Shown here piece by piece: positions 10,977 to 25,728 of a stretch of DNA of 64,000 bases. Under the pieces are notes generated by a model. The model saw only the letters and a list, made by a program, of their open reading frames with translations, did not search any database and was not told where the DNA came from. Made by a program: the position numbers and the translations under genes. The stretch is from Eledone cirrhosa. Its lineage: Eukaryota. The stretch covers positions 18,352,001 to 18,416,000 of the forward strand of contig OZ024747.1 in NCBI GenBank assembly GCA_964016885.1. Direction: 5' to 3'. The stretch's first letter is position 1; the number at the start of each line of letters is the position of its first letter.

Positions 10977-13579
10977 AAATTCACCTTGCATCACTTAGAA
11001 AACAGAACACAACTTTTTACACAAATTGTACTTATTTTATATAAAAGTGTTTAATCCAACCTCATTTATAGTTCCTTTTTTTCAAACTCTTGTTCCAATA
11101 CCTGCAGCATGTCACTGATAAAAATGTAATAAGAAATCATCATCATCATTCATTTCATTTTACGTCCGCTTTTCCCTGCTTGCAAGGGTGGGACGGGAAC
11201 TGATTCTGGCTTGATTTCTACAGCTGGATGCCCTTCCTAACACCAACCTCATTTACAGTGAGTGCTGGGTACTTTTTTTCCGTGGCACCTACACAACCAC
11301 TTTCCAGTGGAATGATAGGGACCCCAGTCCCTATCATCTCATTTCTACAGCTGAGTAAACTGGAGCAATGTGAAATAAAGTGTCTTGCTCAAGGAAACAA
11401 CACATCAACCAGTCTGAGAATTGAACTCACAACCTTTCGATTGCAAGGCCAATGCTCTAAAGACTAAGCCATGTGCCTCCAAATATATATATTTATCCCC
11501 TTCAACTTGCAATATATATCTTTATATTGAAGTATGTATTTTTATTTACATAATATTTGTTCTTTATATATGTACAAAATACTAGCTGTTTATCAATTGA
11601 TATATCTTGTATATTGTGTAAACTTATATGACTGATGCTCTGAACTGAAGTTTTTTAGAGCTTCATACTGGGAAACATTATCAATATATATTTTATATAT
11701 ATTGATTAGACCTAAGATTAGCATATATATTCTTTAAATGAGGAATATTGTTTACGTGGGACATAAATAAATGTCACTGCTTGCTTTAAATAGTATTGAT
11801 ATGAAGACATGCCATAAACTGACAAACACACATACATACTCATATCACCATAGGGTCTATTTTCACATGCTTTCAAGGGTTGAATGGGTCTTCTCCATCA
11901 CAGCTTCTCTCCACTTGTTGTGTTCCTTTGTCATCTTGCAAACATCATGTTAATATTGTTTATAAAAGAAAGTTAGTTGTGACATTGTTTACATCACCCC
12001 AAAATGTCCTGCACTGTGGTTGTTCAACAAATGTTTAGTGCTTTATACCATACATAGAAAATGTCATACAATGACACATTCTGATATATTTATACCAAAC
12101 AAGGTTCATAGTATATTATTATCATCATTATTTAATATCTGCTTTCCATGCTTACATGAGGTTAGACCAGTTGGGTGACTATGTCTGGCTCTAACATTTC
12201 ATTTCAGCATGGTTTCTATGGTTGGGTGCCCTTCCTAACGTCTACCTCTTTTCAGTGTGTACTGGGAATATTTCATCATAACACCCGCACTACCACCCTG
12301 TGAATGGAACATTAAATGTTAAAAATAATGATAAAGTTGTTGGCATATTACCTTGGGGGTGTTTAATAGTCCTTTATAGTCAGGATAAAATCTCTTCATC
12401 AAAATACTATGGACTATTTAAACACTTTCAAAGTAACATTCCAACAATTTCATTATCAATATTTTTAACATTTTATTTCTTATTTGCATTGCAGTAGACC
12501 CCTAAAGAGATTGCACTATTTTCAACACTTTCCACAATGCTTCAAAGAAACTATTACAACCTCCTCTTATATATTCTAAACTATTAATCTATACCGTAGT
12601 ATTGAGTGCTCATTCCATTCTTCTGTTCATCAATACTAAATGTATTTATAGATGTTATATAGATGTGTATGTGTGCTATGACAAAAATCATCCAGTCTAC
12701 ACTAGGAAGGGCATCTAGCTATAGAAAAGAAGCCAACAACTGAACATATGAGATGTGGTCACTTAACCTGTCTAGCTTCAGAACATGACAGCCTGTCTAT
12801 CCCAGCATGGGGAATAGATATCAAACGGTGATGGTGAAGCAATTGACTTGAAGATAGGGGTACATCATAGTCTAATGACAAATTTACTCATATTTAACAT
12901 AATTAAAGTTGATCATCATCATTGCTGTAATAACCAATGATCCTCCTCACCACCACCACAAACATCCTTCTCACCAGTAGCAACAACACTACCATCATGA
13001 TTATTGTGATTTTGCTTAACTCTACTGCTAACACTACAACCATCATCATCTCCATTATTTTTTCTGTTTTAGTCACAGCTGTATTAGAGTTAGTCACAGT
13101 TGTATTAGAGAAAACCCCAAAAAACTATGTAACAAAGTTGCATTCCACTGTTGTACTACACAAAACATGCATTATTTAACCCTTCTGTTACCATATTCCT
13201 TACAAAATATACTGCTTATGTGTCAAAATTAATTTTGAAAATAAATATTTGGAAGAATTGAATAAAATAACTCTTTCATTAGTAAACTTAACAAAAATTT
13301 ATTTAAAAAAAATCATGATGGAAAAATTTCATATAAAAATAAACATTTTAAAATGAAAAGTTTTATATCATAAATCCACTGCAGTTTCAGGTGGTTTAAT
13401 AACAAAGAGGTTTTATGCTAATAACTATTGACCCCAGAGTATATTTCAACCAGACAAACTGACATAACCTTGTAAAGTCGGCTAGTCTGCAATTAGGTCA
13501 CACAATAGAGAGAGATGAGTTAAAACTTTGCATCAGCTTTCTCATAGAGAAAAGTTGTAACTCAAAACTTGCAGTACAC

Positions 13580-13735
13580 CCACACACACATGTAAATATA
13601 CACATACCATCATCATTTTATGTCACACACACATGTAAATGCATACAAACCATCATCATTTTATGCCACATATACACACATGTAAATACATACATACCAT
13701 CATCATTTTATACCACACATACACACACATACATA
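13580..13735 (+). repeat. Three about 45-bp tandem units
   Basis: CACACACATGTAAATATACACATACCATCATCATTTTAT x3. Confidence 0.8.
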
Positions 13736-15517
13736 CATATATATATGTGTGTGTGAACAGTGAACATAAATTAACAAAATAAACAACACAGTACAATGAA
13801 GATATATATTAGTTTAATGCTTGATATAATAGGAAAAGAGTCTTAATATTTTGAACATGAATCCTTCATCAGAAGATAGAATGAACTTTTAAAGAAATAG
13901 AATGAGAAGAGGATGAAACAAAAAAAGTTGGGGGAGGAAAAGCATGTGTTTTCAGTCCGCCATATATAGCCACATAATACCTACATACACATGTATATGT
14001 ATGTATCCACTGTGTTGATGACACAACAGTCTACACTGTAAGGTAGCCGTGTAGGAGACACGGTGAAAAGGCTCCCAGTCGACACTGTAAATGTGGTTGG
14101 TGTTAGGAAGGGCATCCAGAGATGCTTCCGTGCGAGCCAGACATAATCTCCCGACCATTCCCGCATCAAATGGAACAAAACCGTCTAACCCATGCTAGCG
14201 TGGAAGATGGACGTTAAACGATGATGATGATGATGTGTGTGTATAAAAACTATTTTTCTGTTTGGAACAAATCGTAGAGAAAATATAAATAGGCAAAATC
14301 TTCCAGTATTTATCTATCTGTACACACACACACACACATAATTTCATCATACACTGACATCATCAAGAACATAGGGCAATAGCAGAAACCATCTTAAATT
14401 GTGAACTGGGCATATTTTATCTGATTACCAACACTAGAGAGGTTGTTTGCTGCTAGTCTGCCCTTTTGTTACTTTTATTTCAAATATAATACACTGTATT
14501 TTCAATATATTATTAACAAATTTGGAGGGATTTACTAGAATTAAAAATATTGTTATTAAAATGGTATTAATTGATGGGTTGGCAAAGTTGTTAGAGCCTC
14601 AGGCAAATGTATAGCAGTATTTTTCCCAGCTCTTTGCATTCTAAGTTCAAATCCTGGGTTGAGAAAATAAAGTACCAGACAATTTTATTGACTTTACCCT
14701 CCCTACAATTACTGGCCTTGTACCTAAAGCAGAAACCATTATTAACCCTTTAGCATTTAAACCAGCTGTATCCAGCCAAAATTCTCTCACCTCTTTCTGT
14801 TCAAACCAGCCATAACTGGCCACTCATACTGATGTTAAGGTATTGGTCTCAAAATAAATAATATCAAAATCTCATAGAATTAATATTATGTGAGATAAAG
14901 CCTTTACCACAAAAATACAATAGTATATATAGAGTAATGCAAATGCTAAACGGTTAAGAAGGTATTTGTAACATAATTTAACAAAAGTAAAATTATGTTG
15001 GAAGATTTTAATTTAAATAGAATCGTTTTTAGGTTGTTTTGTTTCATAAAACCAGAAGTAGTTTTGGGTGGGTTGGTATCACAAGGGTTACATGGACTTT
15101 CTGCATTTTATCAGTTCTTACTCAGTGTAACTGCCTTCCAAGGCATCTAGCTCGTGATGCAACATATGGTGTCTATACCTCATTCGCATGTTCTGCTTTG
15201 GGCACAGTTTCTACAGCTGTATAACATTCCTCTCACCAACCACTTTATAGTGTTGAAACCAACTGTTCAAACAATAGAACAGCCTACTTCTTAAGTGACT
15301 GGACTTTTCATATATATGCGTATCCTTAACATGATTATCAGCATGACACTATGTATCAAAGCAGGCTCTTTGAATTACAAATATACTCAACCCATTAGGC
15401 TTCTATGTATTTCCCATCAACCAAATTTCATTCACAAGGTTTTGGTCAACCTGAGGGGAAAAAAGTAGATTTGTCAAAGACTTGGGATTAACCTTATGAT
15501 TTTAAAGTGAACTTTTA

Positions 15518-15945
15518 TAATCTGGGACTACACTGCCTCCAACCTTATCGTTTCGACCACAAACCCAGCCACTGTCGCTCGTAACGCGGAAAATAGCTAA
15601 ATATCGTGATTTGACTGATCGCTCCCTTTTCGTGTTGGTCTCCGTCGAGACCTATCTAGTCCTTGGTCCACGAACTGTCGTTTTCCTCTGCAAAATCAGG
15701 TGGAGTGCGTCTCACACAAGGGATGGCCCAGAGTGAGGTAAAGTGGGTGATGCAGCGAGTGTCGCTGGCTATTCACCGCCGGCAATGTCATCGCCATTTT
15801 ATAGCTGAGATAGACCACCTACAGAGTCTGCAGCTTCCTCCCTCTTTCCTTTACTTTCGTTATTTAAATATATTTCTCGCTTTTTCGTTTTTTTAATATG
15901 CATACGTTGATGAATTGTAAATTTCTTTTATTTTCAAATAAATTA
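15518..15945 (+). mobile_element. CRE-like retroelement 3' fragment
   Basis: IWD..SNL..NPAT..VSVET..WVMQRVSLAIHR; similar to the 48.2 and 54.6 kb fragments. Confidence 0.55.
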
Positions 15946-16658
15946 TGCTTTATTTTTGTAGAATTTCTTATTACTTGCAGCAAGTAAATAAAGGAAAGAA
16001 GAATGAATGAAAGTCAGAAAGCAGGGCTGGAGAGGAATACAAAAATAAAGAAAAAGACAAGCAGGTAAGAGAGATAGATAGAAGAGAGGAGGAAAGACAC
16101 CAACAAAATATAGAAATAAATAATTAAAGCATCATTGCCACTTGCTCTGTCTGTGTTCTTTTCTGTCTACAATTTTTCAATGAACCCGCCCTTTTATCTT
16201 CTCTTTCTTTACTCCGTCCATTCCTTTTCCCACTTCTTTTCCGTTCTTTCATCTCGCTTTCTCTGTTTTTACTATCATCCTCTCCTTTCTCCGGCTTCTC
16301 TTTACCCACCTCATTCGCCTTCTATCCTCCTTTTTTTTTTTTGCTTCCTTTCAACTCCCTTCCCCCCTTTACCTTCTACCCTTTCTTTCTTTCTTTCTTT
16401 CTTCCGTGTCATAATAATTTTTTTCTTCTTGTAACTCTTTCTATGCCATTCTCTACTTCTCTCTCTTACCTTCCCATCTCTCTCCCTACTCCTTTTCCTC
16501 TCTCTAAACTGTTAAAAAGTTGAAAAAGAAAAAAAAAGAAAATTCATACCAAATAAATAACTAAAAAGACTGCAGCGTGGTAAACCACTTGCTCAGCTTG
16601 TTATTTATTTTGCTTAGCCAAGCGAGACGTTTATTCTGGGATATACACCGCACTTTTT

Positions 16659-16677
16659 CCACGTGGAGATTTATAAA
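16659..16677 (+). promoter_or_regulatory. Candidate PHGDH promoter motifs: palindromic E-box CCACGTGG followed by TATAAA
   Basis: Motifs lie about 130-150 bp upstream of the ATG in a locally CpG-richer patch; motif presence only. Confidence 0.3.
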
Positions 16678-16806
16678 GAAGTATATATCGCAGAAAAGTC
16701 TGCCTTGTTAGCTGACTATCTAGTAACTACTGGGTCATTTGTTATTAAAAGTACTTTATATTTCCATCTGTCCACACATTAGTAAAATAACAAAACAAAA
16801 ACAAAT

Positions 16807-16941
16807 ATGGGTAAACTAAGTACACCCCTAAAAGCATTGCTATGTGACAAAGTCAGCCAAATTTGTGGTGATATATTGAAAGAGAATGGAATTAATGTTA
16901 TCTATTCAGAAAGCAAAGATCAATTTCAAGAACAAATTGGA
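16807..16941 (+). CDS. PHGDH: D-3-phosphoglycerate dehydrogenase exon 1
   Basis: MGKLSTPLKALLCDKVSQICGDILKENGINV..QIG|gtaagc, phase 0. Confidence 0.88.
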
Positions 16942-19900
16942 GTAAGCCTCTTTTTTTTTTTTATTTGTTTTAGTTTTCTTTTTAATTTTTTTTTTCGCGT
17001 GAAGCTGCCTGTTTCAAATATATGCAAACACTAAAAGTTTATATATATATATATATGGTTTTATAAATATAGTTTCCATTTATTAATATCGTATATATAT
17101 CAGGATATACATATATATATCAGGATATATATAATCTGTCTGTATTCAAATTCTGGGTTATATTAAGGCAAATTTCAACGCATGCATTAAGCTACTGCAA
17201 ATAAATGAGTTCTATATAAGTTTTCATTCTTTTCTAATTAAACTTTTTATAAAGAAAATTAATTTTATTTTTTTATTTTTGTACTCTGATATAGTTGAGA
17301 TGTTACTTTTCCACAAGGAAATTTTAATTTAAGATTTAAAAAGAACGAAGTTTTTTTTTTTTTTTTTTTTCGTGATGAAATTGATGGCATTTGAAGACAG
17401 TACAGCATGGCCGAATTAAGTAGTTTATTTCGTAATAATTAAGATCATGATTTGATCCCACTGCGTGGATTTTTATATTCAAGAGTCTAGTCTTGTCATG
17501 TTGAATCTGCAAGGTTTACACGTGTCTGGAACGCCCAACCACACATATGCACGGTTATGAAACCACTGGAGTTTTCTTTTTCTTTCCCGATATTTGAAAA
17601 AGAAAAAAAAATTGAGAAAATTAAAATTTTTCATTTAACAACTTTAAAGAAAAGAAAGTTTCAGTTAGCAAAATATCTTAATCAAATTTTTTTTTTAGGG
17701 AATTAACCTCAACTTTTTCACTTCTCTGTTAATCTCTTGCATTTTAGTAGCTATATTGCCTTGCTTGCGGTGAATAAATAAAAAAATCGAATCCGGACAT
17801 ATTTTATAAAGTAAAGTTTGTAATTCTCGTCTCGTCTATTCTAAAAGTGCTCATCATAAACCGCATACATTTTTTATTAACTGTAAATAAAAAAATGTTT
17901 CGATTATTGATCTGCACCTTTCAATCACTTAATACCACTGACTAATCCCTTTTTGCTTCTATGAAATATTTTAATCTTGCTTTAAAACATTCCTTGGCTA
18001 ATTCATATGGTCCTGTTGTGTGTTCTGTAATTTGTCTTTTATATATTTTTATCGTCTCTTAATTTCTAACATCTACAATTTTAGGAAAGGGAAAAGTCAG
18101 TCAGTTTAGTCTTGTTTTCTAAATGATATCAGAATTTTGTTTAACGTATTTGTATATTGATATATAAAAAAGATCCTAGTCGGCTAACCATGATTTCCTA
18201 GCCTCACACAGGGTGGTTATGTATTATATGTACCGGTACTTATGTAATAGCGAAGTGCTGTCATAACCCAACTCTTCAATTTTAGTGCTGACGTGTGCTC
18301 ACACACACAACATACTGGTGTTTTCTTTTTAAATATTTCATTTAAAACAGTTTTATGATGCAATAAAGTAGACAGGAATTTAATATTTCAAGTAGATTTT
18401 AAAATTAACAGTTCTCATGTAAGCAAACAAAATTCATTTTTTCTATCAATACATTTCCCGTTTTTTCTTGGAATTTATGCCTTATCAAAAACCAGGACAA
18501 TTCACTGACAATCAGGACAAATTAGTTAACTCGAAGGGGACACCGAGACAGCTTTAGCTTACAAAACCTTTTTTTTTTTTTTTTTTCAATGTTAAATGTG
18601 ATAAATAATAAGATTTCTGCCCATTTAATACTGTGTAGATCATATGGATTCTATATAATATATTTCTAGACATAGTCTAAAACGTCTTTGTATTGTGTTA
18701 CATAATTTCCCCTATAGACTAATTACTAAATTACCTACTCGGAATATTGACTGATGAAAAGAGCATGCATGATCTCAACTGCGCTGTCTCTCTTAGTCCA
18801 TTTGCTAAATTTTCTACTCGGAATATTGGGTTATGGAAAAGTATACATGATCCAAATTGTGAAGTTATCTACTCGGAATATTGACTTGTGGAAAAAGCAT
18901 TCATGATCCTAACTGCTGAAGCTGAATACTATCTAGGTCGAAATACAGATCTTTCAGCAGATAGATTCGCATGTTCTCTCTTCAAGATATTTTCATGTAT
19001 ACCATTTTCTAATAACTATAATGCACGCATATAGAATGTCAAAGAGCCGTATGTAATGAGAACCACGATTTGGGTAGCACCTGGTCACTATTAATACTCT
19101 AACCAGATCAGTTTTTTAATAACTTTTGAGAGCAGAGAGGGAAAAGTATTTTTGTTGTCGCATATGTTCATTAGATTTTTATACAATCACACTTCGTAGT
19201 TTAGAAATTGATCTAGAATAAGCTTATGTTATTGCGTCATCCTATAAATAATGCGTTTTCTTTTTCAACCACATGCAATAAAAGTTTGGGGGGTGGGGAT
19301 AAACACCTGTATAAATTACATTCACTTTGGCCTCATTATTAATGCAAGTATTCAAAAGAGCAATTTATCTTTTTTTAAATATAAGTATTTAAAAAAACCT
19401 ATTATTTAAAGGATGTCCAAAAAATTTAACTTATCAAGTTTCTAAACTTTTCATTACCAGCTTAACGTCGTGTGAATAATGCACGGTCGTCTATCTTATA
19501 CATTCTATTTAATTTGTTGGAAACTATACAGTTTTCCAATCTAATAACAAGCGCATCAGCGAATTGTTAATTGTAAGTAATCATTTTTATTGCAAAAGAA
19601 TACACGTGATAGCAAATACATTGGAAATAACATAAAATCTACTGAGATTGGATGGATGGACTGACAAGAAATATCATTAATAAATGCAGCAATGTATTTT
19701 ATATTTTCTTATACCCACCACCCTTAATTGTATTTAACATGTGCACAAAGCTGCATTTTGAGGAGAGTGGTATCGTCTAGTGATCCGCAGGGTGAGGTGG
19801 GGATGGGGGGGGGGGGGCATCAAAAGTGAACTTGTTGAGTAGACAGTTTTTTCAAAAGTTTGGGTCTGTGGAAAAAAATCATTTAAATGAATGTGATATT

Positions 19901-21785
19901 GGTAGTGAAAAGGATGGTAATGACTGGTATAATCGATTATATTTAACCCTGAACTTCATTAGTATGTATTTGCCGACACGGAACGATGAAATACTAATTC
20001 GACCTCGACCAGATTTAAACTTAGTATATAAAGAGCCGGTATTTAATCAATGTTCTTTACGTTAATAGTTACTATTCCGCCGAGATGAACTGCCCTTTTT
20101 TCTGCTTTCCCTGGTTTGATAAAATAAAGAAAGAGCCAAGATCTGGCGCCTGTCTTAATTTACTATACTTGCTCCATAAAATTGAGACCTTATTTCTGTT
20201 GAAAATCATTGTTACTTGGGTCCATTCAATCGACTATATTCCTTTCTTTTTCACTCATTATCACACTCAGATATTGTGTAACCTAAAAGGTTTAAAAAAT
20301 ATAACTTTTTAAAATCAGTTAGATTGGAAAGCGCTAAATCTATAGCTGAAACGAATTAATAAATTCTGTTAAAAAAAAAAAATGCAAAGTGGAGGCTAAT
20401 GCACTTAACGCTGTGAGCTTCCTCGCCTACTTTATCTGAATTTACACGTAATGAAGAGAAAAAGATTTAATTCATGTAAAACAAGACGAGATATTTCCGA
20501 AATCAAATGTTATAAGAGGGATCCAATCAGTTATTTAGGGAGTACGTTGATGTCTCCGGATATTTCTGTCTTATTTAACCTCATCAGCTAACGTAGTCAT
20601 AGTCTTGTTATATTGTGGATGACTTGGGAGTAGTGGAAATCATTCACTGGTCTAGAAACTTAAAATGACACGAAAATGATTTTTCTTTTCATTTTAGTTT
20701 CGGCATCCCATTACATTGTGTTCGCCCTCCCCACATTTAATTATATGTTAATGTTGAAGGCTAACGGGGGGGAAATTCCATCATGTATCAAGTGGATGCT
20801 AGCGTGCTATATACAGCAAACCGAGATTTTTTGATTAAAATTACAATCCTGAAAATCGTGGGTGATGGAATCATAAGAAAAAGATAATTTACGTATTTAA
20901 ATAACTTGAAAAAAAAAAAAGAAATAATTGTTTCTACATTTGGCACAAAGCCAGCAATTAACCAGTGCATTACTGGTACTTTATTTTATCGATCCCGTAA
21001 GGATGAAAGGCAAAGTTAACCTCGACGGGATTTGAACCCAGACCGTAAAGGGACATAACTATGCTGGAAAGCATGGCGTCCAACCCTCTACCGATACTGC
21101 CAATCCACGAAATAATGACAAGGGAGACACCCCCGAAATTTTAATAAATGTCTATATGTAGTGGTCTTTCTTGACTACACCAAAACTGGATTAGGCGGAA
21201 CCAGCTCAATATCACGCTAGAGCTTTACCCACATCTAGCCGCTCTAAGGATTTCTAATCACAAAATTATTACATAATAATTCTTTTAAGAAATAACCAAT
21301 ATTTAGTGACTAATTTTTTTATATTCTCTTTAAATTAATAAAGTTTATAAATTTGATCTCGCAATCTGTTAGATAGACGGGTGAATGAACTATATCGTCC
21401 TGTATCACAGCACATTGGATGCTTTATCACTTCCACATTTCTTAGTGTTCCAACCGGCTCTCTAGTTCGCTGTCTCGTAACGTTCTTAATATTTTTCAAT
21501 GAAATTTTACCGATATACCTTTTAGAAGATGAAGAGGTCATTTTTTAATAATTACACTCGTCTCTGCGACGGGTATTATAGAGTTCTCGGGTGGCGGGGA
21601 GGATCACCGAAAACGAGTAATATACGACAGTTTGTTCAAAACACTTGAAAAAAACATAAGATTATCGACTTTTTTCTTTTTTTCTTTTTTTCTTTTTTTC
21701 TTTTTTGGAAAAGCTTCTAATCAAAACAACTACAGTTCATTAAATTTACCTTAAATGTTGAAATATAAAATGTATATTTAATATA

Positions 21786-21881
21786 TACAGGGTGTCCCCA
21801 ATTGTATACACAAAGGCTGTGCATTCTAATAAATTTTGCCTGTACAGGTAATAAAAGTGTGTATTCATTTTTTCGGGACAC

Positions 21882-21886
<5 letters not shown>
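21786..21886. mobile_element. Tiny Tc1/mariner-type MITE
   Basis: TA-CAGGGTGTCCC...GGGACACTGTG termini in a TA/TG context. Confidence 0.5.
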
Positions 21887-21919
<33 letters not shown>

Positions 21920-22318
21920 CATTTAATGCGTTTTCCTTGCATTTCGCTTGCATGTCCTGCACTTTACCGAGTGCCTTTTATCCTAACACCAACACTATGG
22001 AAGTTGTCTTTGATACAACTGAAGTGTCCTCCCAACCCTTTGTTTGGCAGGTTTGGTGATAGGAAAGACATCCGGATAGAAGACCTGCCACACAAAGAGT
22101 CAGGACGACTCTTCAACTGTGTCAATGACATGACCAATTTCTAGTACTGGTGCTGCCATAAAATGCACTTGGTAGAGTATGGGATCGTATATCAGCCTCT
22201 TGGCCAACGTGGAAGTCTGTGACTCTGCTTGAGTACTGACCAGTCTGCTGATAACACAACCAAGAATTGCTAGCAGGGAAAACAGAAGCTAAACGATAGA
22301 ATTGTCTTTATTTTTCAG

Positions 22319-22470
22319 TCTGCAAACATACTGGTTATTAGGTCAGCGACAACAGTGACTTCCGACTTACTAGAAGAAGCAAAACATCTTAAATTGGTTG
22401 TTCGGGCAGGAACTGGAGTTGACAATGTCAACATTGACGAGTGTTCTAAACGTGGGATCCTTGTAATGAA
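22319..22470 (+). CDS. PHGDH: PHGDH exon 2
   Basis: tttcag|SANILVIRSATTVTSDLLEEAKHLKLVVRAGTGVDNVNIDECSKRGILVMN|gtaagt; 152 nt. Confidence 0.95.
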
Positions 22471-22889
22471 GTAAGTAAAGATTTGCTAACTCTTATTGAC
22501 TTTTATCTCTCTAATGGCTGCTGTTTTGTCAATTTTCTAACTCGTATCCCTTTAAAAATGAAGTAATTTGAGTCCCAGACTTAGCTCAGCTGGCTCCTGC
22601 TGACAGTACCTGGAATGGGCCCTTATCCAGGGTTCCAGACAGAAGTGCTGAGAGCTAAACCCAAATTACTGAAGCTCACAGAGGAGATGACAAAGGAATG
22701 CAATGAATAGAGGGATGCTGTGTTGGAAAAGACCCATCCAACCCATGTAAGCATGGTAACTTGGGCGTAAAATGAGGCTGTTGTTTGTCTCTTGTTTTTA
22801 ACAATAACAAAAGTATGAGATGTGCATCCACTGATGGAGGTCCAACAACTTTTACTTATTTTGAATTTACTTTTGTATTTTTTTTCTAG

Positions 22890-22955
22890 TACTCCTATGT
22901 CAAACACAATGAGTGCAACAGAACACACTTGTGCTTTAATTATGGCCCTCAGCAG
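22890..22955 (+). CDS. PHGDH: PHGDH exon 3
   Basis: ctag|TPMSNTMSATEHTCALIMALSR|gtgagt; 66 nt, phases consistent. Confidence 0.93.
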
Positions 22956-24022
22956 GTGAGTTTTCCGAACAGTATGTTCATAATATTTATTTTTATTAAA
23001 AAAAAATTCTAATACACCTAAAGGATTTTGTACTATGATAGAATATATCACAGTTAACTGCAGTGGAGTCCTTATTGTATAAAAACCTATGGTCAGATAT
23101 TCAAATTTTCAACATCCCTGCATCCTGGAAATCTTTCTTTTTTTTGTAATATTTATGTTATTTTAACCCTTTCATTACTTTTATTTTTCACAAGACTCTG
23201 CCTATGATTTTAAAATCATCTTGTAAATTATGAAGCGATTTAGTAATATAATTTTTTCATTGGTAAGCTGTTTGGAGCAGAATTTAAAGATTCTTACATA
23301 AAATTATGATGGAAGGTTCTTAGATAAATATAGATATTTTAAAATACCCAGCTTTGTTTCATAAAACCAAGGGCAGTTTGGAATTTTTTTTTTTTTAACC
23401 TAGAGGCTCATCAATCTAGTGGAATGCTCAGCCACTTATTGGTTAACTTTGTGAAAAGATAGCTCCATTGATAGAAAACGATAGTACATGCCTGTTGCCT
23501 ATTTTATAGAACCTACATCAGAGCTTTCCAAGCTTTCACATTAATGATGCATTTTTTAATAATTTTTCTTGACACAGTTTCAAAACAAAATCCATAAACA
23601 ATTAACAATAATGTCAGACGTCACCAGTCATGTATCTAATTGAATGCAGTGTTGTCGGATCATGAATAAACTTTGTGACCAAATATTTGTAAAAAATTGA
23701 ACGGGTTTGATTTAATTTCATGATACCCATATAAGTTATAGGCAACATGTGTTGTGACCCAGTGTGGAAAGCTTTGACTTACACTGATGAAAGGAAGTTG
23801 CTCCCAGTACTCACAAAACCATAAGACAAAGCCATAGGACATAACAACCCGTCTAACCTATGTAAGCATGGAAAATAGATGTTAAACTGTGATGATCATA
23901 TATAACTAAACCTTATAAAACATTTAATCTGGTATTTTACTATTTCTATCACTTCACTATTGTAATGTAGAAATATCAATTTGAACTGCATTTAAAAATT
24001 TTTGAATACTTTTTACATTTAG

Positions 24023-24176
24023 ACATGTTCCTCAGGCAGCGAAATCTATGAAAGAAGGTCTGTGGGACCGTAAAAAATATATGGGAACTGAGCTGTATGG
24101 TAAAACCCTCGGAATTATGGGCTTGGGTCGTATAGGCAGAGAAGTTGCAAAACGTATGCAATCTTTTGGTATGAAG
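24023..24176 (+). CDS. PHGDH: PHGDH exon 4
   Basis: [51 protein letters not shown]|gtaagg; Rossmann GxGxxG motif. Confidence 0.96.
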
Positions 24177-24473
24177 GTAAGGAATATTTTCTTTGTACTG
24201 TTTTTTTTTTTTTTTTTAAACAAATTTCAGTAGCAACAACTTTTAACATATTCCAGTTGTGACTGATTATTATCGTTATTATTACTAGAGCAGTGGATTG
24301 GCAGAATCAATAGAGCATTTGACAAAAGGCTGTAGAATATTTGTTCTAGATCTTTGTATCTGAGTTCATATAGCACAAAAGTCAACATTGCTTTTTATCC
24401 TTTAAGATTCGATAAAATATAGTACCAGTCAAGTACTGTGGTTCATATAATTGACTTTTTGTCGTCGTCGTTC

Positions 24474-24504
<31 letters not shown>

Positions 24505-25485
24505 ATTGCCGGGCTTGTACCTAATTTTTAATAGTGTGTAGTCACAATTTCTTCGATCATCTAATCTTTTTTTTTTTTTTCCAATCATTGCAACTAAGAT
24601 TATATTGTCTAATGTGCCCATTTATGTTTAAGGCAGTTGGATAAGATTTAAGGCCAATTTGGCTGCTATTTCTAGTAAGTCTAGCTAGAGACAATGTAAA
24701 GCCTGTTTTGTATGGCAGTGAAACTAGAGAATGCAGATATGCAATGATAACTTTTTAAAAAAAGTTTCTGGATAAATGAGTTAAGCTAATATATCACCAT
24801 TAGCTTTTTATTTCAATTAAAATCAATTTGTCAACGCAACGTAAATATGATTTAATATATGAGAACAAAATAGGTGTAGGCATGGCAGAAGTTTGCTTCT
24901 GAACCAGATGGTTTTGAGTTCAGTCAAATTGTGTGGTAGTTTGGGCAGGTCTTCTACAATGCCCTGTGAATAAATTTGGTTGATACGAACTACAGAAGCC
25001 CATCATGTGTGTGTGTGGTACTTTCCATGCACAATTTCATATCCATATTGTTTAAAAATAAAACAAGCTGTGCTATTTATGTTCTTCCCTGTAGCAGTTT
25101 AGTGAAGGTTTACGGTTTATCACTATACTTTTTAAACCAAACTCTCTGGTTCTAAGATAAGCTGTTCTATCATAATTTGTGCAAGAACTTTTAAGTTATG
25201 TTCCAAACACCAAATCGATGATATAGTTATATTATTAATCCCTCTGATTATTTTCAAGATTGTTGGTGTTGTATTTCATTAGAAATATAGTAATTAAATG
25301 GTTTAAAGTATGGTTTTGCACCAGAAACGGCATCTATCCATAGAAAAAAAACTACTTCAAAATGTCTTATCCAACCCATGTAACATTAGAAAAAGCAAAT
25401 GTAAAAACAATGATAAAAATAGTTATCACCCACACTCCCACTTAAAATATTTCTCCTAATTTTTAAAAAAAAATTTTTCTTTCAG

Positions 25486-25618
25486 ACTGTTGGTTTTGAC
25501 CCAATAGTATCCGAAGAAGATGCTTTAAAGTGCAATATTACAAAGTTATCACTTGATGATACACTTCGCCAGTCTCATTACCTCACAGTTCATACTCCAT
25601 TGATTCCACAAACTAAAC
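25486..25618 (+). CDS. PHGDH: PHGDH exon 5
   Basis: ttcag|TVGFDPIVSEEDA..YLTVHTPLIPQTK|gtaagg; 133 nt. Confidence 0.95.
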
Positions 25619-25728
25619 GTAAGGTTTCATATAATTCTTTTGTTGTTTTCTATGTTATTCCATAACACATGATGGAGGCATAGAGGCATGTTTAACCCTT
25701 TAGCATTCACATTACTCTATATTTACTA

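Noticed and set aside
20545-20595. Minus-strand CTGATGA..GAAAT hammerhead-like spacing
   Set aside because: Stem II is weak and no stem I or stem III pairing was found; likely chance.
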